From: Alphaproteobacteria bacterium
Lineage (GTDB): Bacteria; Pseudomonadota; Alphaproteobacteria; Bin95
Assembly: GCA_963665325.3 (NCBI GenBank)
Contig: OZ224045.1
Location: forward strand, 1,408,001 to 1,472,000
Length of the DNA: 64,000 bases
Reading direction: 5' to 3'
A program made the position numbers and the translations under genes. Position 1 is the first letter of the stretch; every line of letters starts with the position of its first letter. Below are positions 57,591 through 64,000 of the stretch, one piece after another. A model generated the notes under the pieces. The model made no database searches. It was not told the DNA's origin and saw only the letters and a list, made by a program, of their open reading frames with translations.

Positions 57591-59146
57591 TCGGCGTTCC
57601 TTCGTTCAAGCAAGCTCGGTTCGTCTGCCATCAACCGTTGAAGGCTGTCTGCGGCATCCGGCGCTAGGTCCCAAAGAATCCGGACGACCTCCGGGCGTTC
57701 GAGCGCGAGGCCCGCCTTGCGGCGCGGCGCGGGGCGGACCTCGTCGAACGAAACTTCCAGCACCAGCGCCGGCTCGACGGTGCGGACGGGGCCGTAGCGT
57801 CCGGCGGTGTGCGCGCGAATCCAGCGGCCCAGCCGCTCGCGTTCCTCGCCTGAGAGGCGGCAGGGCGCGTCCCCGACCGCCACCGGCGCACTGTCCCGGA
57901 GGAGGGCGACGCTGTAGCTCGGGCCGGCTTCCCCGACTCCTGCGGGCCGAACGGCGAGCAGCAGGGCGCGGACCGTTCGCGGCGCGGCCTTCCGGAGGAG
58001 CCAGGGCGGGCCGTCCGGGCGGTAAGGGGCGTCGGCGCGTTTCAAAATCACGGAGACGCTGGCATCGAGTTCCACCCGCCCTTCGAGCGCAAGCAGCGGC
58101 GACAGGTCGAAGCGGGGCCGGCCGGCGACCCGCGCCTCAAGCCGCGTCCGCCGCTCATGGAACGGCATGGCGCGGTTGTCCTCGCCGCCGTCGAACAGCA
58201 TGTCGAACAGGCGCACGAAGGCTGGGACCTCCGCCGGCAGCCGGCGCGGGACGGTCTTGCGTCCGAGCCGCCTTTCCAACGCTTCCGGCGGCGCTAGCCG
58301 GTAGGGCGGGCCGTCCGGGCCGCGGGCTGTCATCAGCACACCGTCGAAGACACCGTCCAGCCCCTCCATGGCCGCGACGATATCCGGGAAGAGGAAGGAA
58401 ATATCGTCACCCGAGCCGCTGTAGAGCCGATGCCGGTCTGCTTCCGCAACAAGCTGCACCCGCAGGCCCGGCCATTGCCGCTCGGCCCGGTATTGCGGGA
58501 GGTCGATGCCGGCGGCGTCCGCCTCCTGAAGCGGGCGGACGGGCATGAGCGGGCGAAAGCCGGCGACGACCTCGGGACGCGGCGCGCGGCCCTCCAACCA
58601 GGCGAAGAGCGGCCCGTAGGGCGGGACCTGCCCGTGCCATACTTCTTCGACGGCGCCGAGATCGGCCTTGAACGCGGCGGCGAGCGCCGTTCTCGCGAGC
58701 CGGGGTGTGACGCCGGGAGGCTGCCGCCCTGCGGCAAGCTGCGCCAGCGCCAGGCGAACCGGCGCCTCGGAGCGGTCGAACCAGCCGGCAAGCAGGCGTG
58801 GCGCCGCCGGGCGGGAGCTTCCGGAAAGCGCCGGCACGGCTTCGGCGAGCGCGGGCGGGCAGGGCGCGGCCCCGCTGTCCGGCCATATGAGCGCCGCCGT
58901 TTCGACCGGATCGCCGACGAATTCGAGCGAGAGCCGCAGCAGTTCGCCATCGACGCGCTCCGCCGCGAGCGCGCTGAGGGCCGCCGGCCGGATGCGGGCG
59001 GCGTCGAGGCCGCCGGCCAGCACGGCAAGCGCCCAGCCCCGGTCCGGGTCTGGCGCCCGCTCCAGATAGTCGGCCATGAGACGGATGCGGACTGCGGGCG
59101 AGGACGCGAAGGAAAGTCCGTCCAGCAGCGCGGCGAAGTCTTTCAT
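57587..59146 (-). CDS. ATP-dependent DNA ligase homolog of the Exo-Lig-Lhr-PdeM cluster, predicted catalytically inactive
   Basis: PDPDRGWALA, VGDPVETAALIWP, EEVWHG..PPY.PLF.WLEG and GPVRTVEPALVLEVSFD are present. Motif I reads ERQWPGLR instead of ExKxDGxR. Confidence 0.85.
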   Translation of the reverse strand: MKDFAALLDGLSFASSPAVRIRLMADYLERAPDPDRGWALAVLAGGLDAARIRPAALSALAAERVDGELLRLSLEFVGDPVETAALIWPDSGAAPCPPALAEAVPALSGSSRPAAPRLLAGWFDRSEAPVRLALAQLAAGRQPPGVTPRLARTALAAAFKADLGAVEEVWHGQVPPYGPLFAWLEGRAPRPEVVAGFRPLMPVRPLQEADAAGIDLPQYRAERQWPGLRVQLVAEADRHRLYSGSGDDISFLFPDIVAAMEGLDGVFDGVLMTARGPDGPPYRLAPPEALERRLGRKTVPRRLPAEVPAFVRLFDMLFDGGEDNRAMPFHERRTRLEARVAGRPRFDLSPLLALEGRVELDASVSVILKRADAPYRPDGPPWLLRKAAPRTVRALLLAVRPAGVGEAGPSYSVALLRDSAPVAVGDAPCRLSGEERERLGRWIRAHTAGRYGPVRTVEPALVLEVSFDEVRPAPRRKAGLALERPEVVRILWDLAPDAADSLQRLMADEPSLLERRNAE

Positions 59147-60132
59147 CCGCCGTTCCCCTCCGGCGGTTCCAGCGGCCGGGCGTCGAGGCCTCGGCCCTGC
59201 GCCCAGCGGATCAGGGCGCCGGGTGCCCCATGCGTCACACGGATATCGGATGCTCCTGTCTCGCCAATTGTAGCCGTGAGCCCGGTCCAGTCGGCATGAT
59301 CGGAGATGGCGAGCGGCAGTTCGACGCCCCGCCGGCGGGCACGGGCGCGAATCTGCATCCATCCCGACGCGAACACCCTCACCGGTTCGGCAAAACGGTC
59401 TGTCCGCTGCTCCGGCCCGGGAGGTTGAAGCACGATTTCGCCCGCTAGGCCCCGGGCATTTCCTAACGGGCGCGTCTCTCCGAGGTCCACGCCGAATTGG
59501 CGGTAGAGTGCGCTCATCCGCTCCAGGGTGTCGTGCAGCCAGACCGGGCGGTCGTAGCCGGCGCGCCGCAGCAGGCCCAGTATGCGCTGGCACTTGCCGA
59601 GGCTATAGACCCCGATGACATGGGAGCGGTCCGGGAAGGTCTCGACCGAGCGCAGCAGGCGGGCGGTCTCTTCCATGTCGTCCGGCAGGCAGAAGACCGG
59701 CAGGCCGAAGGTCGCCTCGGTGATGAAGACATCGGAGCGAACCGGCTCGAACGCGGCGCAGGTCGGGTCCAGCGTTCGCTTGTAGTCGCCCGAGACGGTA
59801 ACCCGCCGTCCACGATATTCGAGCACGGCCTGGGCCGAGCCCAGCACATGGCCCGCCGGCGCAAGCCGGACGGAGACGCTCCCGGCCTGCACAGTCTCGC
59901 CGTAGCGGAGCGGCTGCTGGGCCGGGCGGTCGCGAGGGTAGCGCAGCGCCATGATCGCGAGCGTCTCCGGCGTCGCCAGCACCGCGCCGTGTCCGGGACG
60001 CGCATGGTCGGCATGGCCGTGGGTGACGAGTGCGCGCGGGACGGCCCGCTGCGGGTCGATATGGAACCCGCCCGGCTCGCACCAGAGGCCCGCCGGCGTT
60101 GGCCGCAACCAGTCTTCGAGCGCATCCGCCAT
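59143..60132 (-). CDS. ligase-associated DNA damage response exonuclease (MBL/beta-CASP)
   Basis: THGHADHAR, AGHVLGSAQ, SGDYKR, TEATFGLPVF and SDHADW motifs. Confidence 0.93.
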   Translation of the reverse strand: MADALEDWLRPTPAGLWCEPGGFHIDPQRAVPRALVTHGHADHARPGHGAVLATPETLAIMALRYPRDRPAQQPLRYGETVQAGSVSVRLAPAGHVLGSAQAVLEYRGRRVTVSGDYKRTLDPTCAAFEPVRSDVFITEATFGLPVFCLPDDMEETARLLRSVETFPDRSHVIGVYSLGKCQRILGLLRRAGYDRPVWLHDTLERMSALYRQFGVDLGETRPLGNARGLAGEIVLQPPGPEQRTDRFAEPVRVFASGWMQIRARARRRGVELPLAISDHADWTGLTATIGETGASDIRVTHGAPGALIRWAQGRGLDARPLEPPEGNGG

Positions 60133-60178
60133 CGCGCTACTATGGCCCCCTCGGGCCGGGGGAAGGAAGCGCAGCGGC

Positions 60179-62638
60179 ATGGAGGCAGGCACGGGGGTCT
60201 CTCAGCCCGCCGCGATCCAGAACTGGTTCCGGGCGCGCGGCTGGCGGCCTTACGCGCATCAGTTGGCGATGTGGCGCGCGGCCGAGGCCGGACGCTCGGC
60301 CCTGCTGGTGGCGCCGACCGGCGGCGGCAAGACGCTGGCCGGCTTCCTGCCGAGCATCGCGGAACTCGCCACCGAACCGCGCCCCGGCCTGCACACGCTC
60401 TACATCTCGCCGCTTAAGGCGCTCGCCGTCGATATCCACCGCAATCTCGAAGCGCCGATTACGGAGATGGGCCTCGATATTGGCGTCGAGACGCGCACCG
60501 GCGATACGCCGCAGCGCAAGCGCGAGCGCCAGCGCCGCAAACCGCCGCAAATGCTGATGACGACGCCCGAGTCGCTGGCGCTGATGCTGTCCTGGCCCGA
60601 TTCGCCGGCGCTGTTCGGCGGGCTGCGCTGCGTCATCGTCGATGAACTGCATGCGCTCGCCGACAACAAACGCGGCGACCTCCTGTCGCTCGGCCTGGCG
60701 CGGCTCGGCGGCATGGCCCCCGGCGCCCGGCGGACGGCCCTTTCCGCCACGGTTGCTGACCGCGAATACCTTGCCGGCTGGCTGTCGCCCAGCGCCGGGC
60801 GGGAGCCGGATGTCGAGGTTGTCGTCGGCCGCGGCGGCATTGCGCCCGAAATCGCCATCGCCCGGATGCGCGGGCCGATGCCCTGGTCCGGCCATATGGC
60901 GGTCTATGCGATGGGCGAAATTTACGACGCGATCCGCCGGCACCGCACGACCATCGTGTTCGTCAACACCCGCGCCCAGGCGGAACTGATCTTCCGCGGG
61001 CTGTGGGACCTCAACGAGGACGGTCTCGCCATTGCGCTCCATCACGGCAGCCTGGCTCCGGAGCAGCGCCGCAAGGTAGAGGCCGCCATGGCGGCTGGCC
61101 GGCTGCGGGCCGTGGTCGCCACCTCCTCGCTCGATCTCGGCATCGACTGGGGCGATGTGGACCTGGTGGTGCAGGTGGGTGCGCCGAAGGGGGCCGCGCG
61201 GCTGCTCCAGAGGCTCGGGCGCTCCAACCACCGCCTCGACCGGCCGAGCAAGGCGCTGCTGGTGCCGGCCAACCGCTTCGAGGTGCTGGAATGCCATGCC
61301 GCCATCGACGCGGTCCGCGCGGGCACGCTGGACGGCGACGCGCCGGAACCGGGCGGCCTCGATGTGCTGGCCCAGCATATAGCGGGCGTCGCGGCGTCGG
61401 GGCCGTTCGAGGAGGAGGCGCTGTTCCAGGAGGTGCGCTGTGCATTCCCCTATCGCGGCCTCACCCGCAAGACCTTCTCGGAGGCCGTCGATTTCGTGGC
61501 GACGGGCGGCTATGCGCTCGGCGCCTATGAGCGCTACCGGCGGCTGAAGCGCGACGCCGCCGGCCGGCTGAGGGCCACCAACGGCGATGTCGTGCGCCGC
61601 TACCGGATGAATGTCGGTACTATCGTCGAGGCGGTGACGCTGAAGGTGAGGCTCGGCGGGCGCGTGCTCGGCGAGGTCGAGGAGTATTTCGCCAACACGC
61701 TGACGCCGGGCGACACCTTCGTATTCGCCGGCCGGATGCTGCGCTTCGAGGGCATCCGGGAAATGACCATCCGTACCTCTCCGGCCACGGGCGAGGCGCC
61801 GCGCATTCCCGCCTATGGCGGCGGACGGCTGCCGCTGACGACCCATCTGGCCGAACGGGTGCGCGGCCTGCTCGCCGACCGGCGGCGCTGGCGGGAGTTC
61901 CCGCCCGACGTGCTCGAATGGCTGCGCGCGCAGGACTGGCGCTCCGTGCTGCCGCGTCCGGGCGGCCTCCTGGTCGAGACCTTCCCGCGCGGCGGCAAGT
62001 GGTATCTCGTCGCCTATTGCTTCGAGGGGCGCAACGCCCACCAAACGCTCGGCATGCTGCTGACAAGGCGTATGGAACGCGCCGGGCTCGGCCCGCTCGG
62101 CTTCTGCGCCTCCGACTATGTGCTCGCGGTCTGGAGCCTGCGCGAGGCGGAGGAGGTGGACGAGCTGTTCTCCGAGGACATGCTGGGCGACGACCTTGAG
62201 GACTGGATGGCCGAGTCCACCCTGCTCAGGCGCACCTTCCGCAATGTGGCGGTCGTGGCGGGGCTGATCGAGCGGCGCCATCCGGGCCGGGAGAAGACCC
62301 GCCGCCAGGTTACCTTCAACGCCGACCTGATCTACGACGTGCTGCGCCGGCACGAGCCAGGCCATCTGCTGTTGCGCGCCACCCGCCGGGACGCGGCCAG
62401 GGGTCTGACCGACATCCGCCGCTTGGGCGAAATGCTGGCACGGGCCAGGGGCCGGATCGAACTGCGCCGGCTCGACCGGGTGTCGCCGCTTGCCGTGCCG
62501 GTGCTGCTCGAGATCGGCAAGGAGTTCGTCTATGGCGGTGCCATCGAGGAATTGCTGGCCGAGACGGCGGCGGACAGCGAGAGCGACCTGGTGGCCGAAG
62601 CCATGAGCGGCGCGGACATGGCGGAACTCCCGCTTTGA
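60179..62638 (+). CDS. ligase-associated DEXH-box helicase (Lhr-core)
   Basis: APTGGGKT, YISPLKALA, DELH, SAT, HHGSL and SLDLGIDW motifs. Confidence 0.94.
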   Translation: MEAGTGVSQPAAIQNWFRARGWRPYAHQLAMWRAAEAGRSALLVAPTGGGKTLAGFLPSIAELATEPRPGLHTLYISPLKALAVDIHRNLEAPITEMGLDIGVETRTGDTPQRKRERQRRKPPQMLMTTPESLALMLSWPDSPALFGGLRCVIVDELHALADNKRGDLLSLGLARLGGMAPGARRTALSATVADREYLAGWLSPSAGREPDVEVVVGRGGIAPEIAIARMRGPMPWSGHMAVYAMGEIYDAIRRHRTTIVFVNTRAQAELIFRGLWDLNEDGLAIALHHGSLAPEQRRKVEAAMAAGRLRAVVATSSLDLGIDWGDVDLVVQVGAPKGAARLLQRLGRSNHRLDRPSKALLVPANRFEVLECHAAIDAVRAGTLDGDAPEPGGLDVLAQHIAGVAASGPFEEEALFQEVRCAFPYRGLTRKTFSEAVDFVATGGYALGAYERYRRLKRDAAGRLRATNGDVVRRYRMNVGTIVEAVTLKVRLGGRVLGEVEEYFANTLTPGDTFVFAGRMLRFEGIREMTIRTSPATGEAPRIPAYGGGRLPLTTHLAERVRGLLADRRRWREFPPDVLEWLRAQDWRSVLPRPGGLLVETFPRGGKWYLVAYCFEGRNAHQTLGMLLTRRMERAGLGPLGFCASDYVLAVWSLREAEEVDELFSEDMLGDDLEDWMAESTLLRRTFRNVAVVAGLIERRHPGREKTRRQVTFNADLIYDVLRRHEPGHLLLRATRRDAARGLTDIRRLGEMLARARGRIELRRLDRVSPLAVPVLLEIGKEFVYGGAIEELLAETAADSESDLVAEAMSGADMAELPL

Positions 62639-63342
62639 AGGCGGCGTGCTTCCGGTTGAACGGGGCGTCGCTGGCAGCGGACCCCTCGGGCGCGCTCTGG
62701 TGGCCGGAGGCGAAGACGCTGGTCGTGGCGGACCTGCATTTCGGCAAGGGGTCGGCCTACGCGGCGGAGGGCGGCGCGCTGCTGCCGCCCTATGACAGCC
62801 ATGCAACGCTGGACCGGCTGGAAGCGCTGGCGCGGCGCTACCGCCCGGCGCGCTGGGTGTCGCTCGGCGACGGCTTCCACGACCGGGATGCCGGCGCGCG
62901 CCTCGACCGCGGCGCGGCGGAGCGTCTCGACGGGCTTGCGCGAAGCTGCGACTGGCTCTGGCTGCGGGGCAACCACGACCCCGAGCCGCCTTCGGGCTTC
63001 GGCGGGCGCGCGCTCGCCGAATGGCGCGCGGGACCGCTGGTCTTCCGCCATGAGCCGCATCCGGGTCCGGCGCCGGGGGAGGTCGCGGGCCATCTCCATC
63101 CGCGCGCGACAGTGACCACGGGCCGGCGGCAGGTTTCCGGCCGGGTGTTCGCCACGGACGGGCGGCGCCTGCTGCTGCCGGCCTTCGGCGCCTATACAGG
63201 CGGCCTCGATGTCCACGACCCGTCCGTCCGCATGCTGTTCGCCGGCCTGCCGCGCGTTTTCCTGCCGGGTCGGGAGGCCGTCCACGCCTTCCCCTGGAGC
63301 CGCCTGGCGGTTCCCGACCGGCTGAGGAACGGGGTCGGGTAA
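62635..63342 (+). CDS. pdeM: ligase-associated metallophosphoesterase/endonuclease
   Basis: ADLHFGK, LGDGFHD, GNHD, GHLHP and LPAFGAYTGGL motifs. Confidence 0.9.
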   Translation: MKAACFRLNGASLAADPSGALWWPEAKTLVVADLHFGKGSAYAAEGGALLPPYDSHATLDRLEALARRYRPARWVSLGDGFHDRDAGARLDRGAAERLDGLARSCDWLWLRGNHDPEPPSGFGGRALAEWRAGPLVFRHEPHPGPAPGEVAGHLHPRATVTTGRRQVSGRVFATDGRRLLLPAFGAYTGGLDVHDPSVRMLFAGLPRVFLPGREAVHAFPWSRLAVPDRLRNGVG

Positions 63343-63351
63343 GCGGCCGGC

Positions 63352-63786
63352 CTATATCGCAGCGGCCGGGTCCACGATGTCGATATGGCCGGCATAGCGG
63401 CGGAAGTCGCGAATATTGAAGGTCAGCAGGCGCCGCTCGCCATGCGCCAGCATGGTTGCGACGATATTGGCGTCATGCACCTGCTTGCCGCCTATGGGAA
63501 TCTCCTGGCAGAGCGCCGCCAGCACGTCCATGACCTGCGGCCCGTCCTCCAGTATCTCGAATGCTTCCTGCATCCATGAGAGATCGGCGAGAGCCCTCGC
63601 TACCGGCAAGGGCGCGGACCAGGCCTGCGGTCTGGTCGCCGCGGCGAGATATTCGCGCATGACCTGCCGGCTGATGCGCAGCGCCTCGCCGGCCCGCTCG
63701 GCCCGCTCCAACGCCGCTCTGGCAACAGCATGCGCCGGAGCCGCGTCGAAGCGGGCGGGAATGAAGAGATTGGTATCGACGAACAC
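63352..63786 (-). CDS. PIN-domain (VapC-like) toxin
   Basis: FVDTN, QVMREY, GGKQVHDANIVATM and LLTFN.RDF motifs. Confidence 0.92.
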   Translation of the reverse strand: MFVDTNLFIPARFDAAPAHAVARAALERAERAGEALRISRQVMREYLAAATRPQAWSAPLPVARALADLSWMQEAFEILEDGPQVMDVLAALCQEIPIGGKQVHDANIVATMLAHGERRLLTFNIRDFRRYAGHIDIVDPAAAI

Positions 63787-63790
63787 GGCG

Positions 63791-64000
63791 TCAGCCGTCG
63801 GACCCGGAATCGTCCTCCGGCCCGCCGGTCAACCGCCCCATATCGTCATAGATCTGCTCGCGGCTTACGGTGAAGCCTTCCGGCCAGGGGCCGCCATTCC
63901 AGGGCGGGAAATCGCGGTCGAGGTTCAAGTCGCGTTTGCGGCGCTGCGCGGCCGGCCGCGGCGGCAGGCCGATCGATGCCGGGGCCTCACGGAGGCCTTC
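63791..64000 (-). CDS. probable antitoxin (partial, start outside window)
   Basis: Open frame ...WPEGFTVSREQIYDDMGR...* ends just upstream of the PIN gene. An SRExxY tail is common in VapB-like partners. Confidence 0.65.
   Translation of the reverse strand, partial: EGLREAPASIGLPPRPAAQRRKRDLNLDRDFPPWNGGPWPEGFTVSREQIYDDMGRLTGGPEDDSGSDG

Overview
High-GC bacterial chromosome segment, most consistent with an alphaproteobacterium (inferred from gene content and REP-like motifs). It is dominated by catabolic and transport genes: molybdo-enzymes, 2OG/Fe(II) and Rieske oxygenases, and three ABC importers. It also carries an Exo-Lig / Lhr-PdeM DNA-repair cluster, two toxin-antitoxin modules and three canonical tRNAs (Asn, Cys, Thr). 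Accessory genes sit among these, mostly in short AT-richer islets: an HNH nuclease, a frameshifted O-acyltransferase, a DUF4145-like gene at tRNA-Asn, and an ATPase-TOPRIM fusion. The most striking observations are three. (1) An intact-looking type II tRNA at 17160-17247 has a complete tRNA-Leu body but a UGG (Pro) anticodon, and lies downstream of a near-consensus sigma70 promoter and a coiled-coil/winged-HTH-like gene; it is a candidate natural Pro-to-Leu mistranslating tRNA module. (2) A full-length ATP-dependent ligase homolog has its catalytic motifs, including the adenylated Lys, substituted while its partner genes remain intact. (3) Two copies of a MITE with 24-bp terminal inverted repeats are inserted at TA(G) sites. 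All family assignments come from motif recognition by eye; no searches were run.
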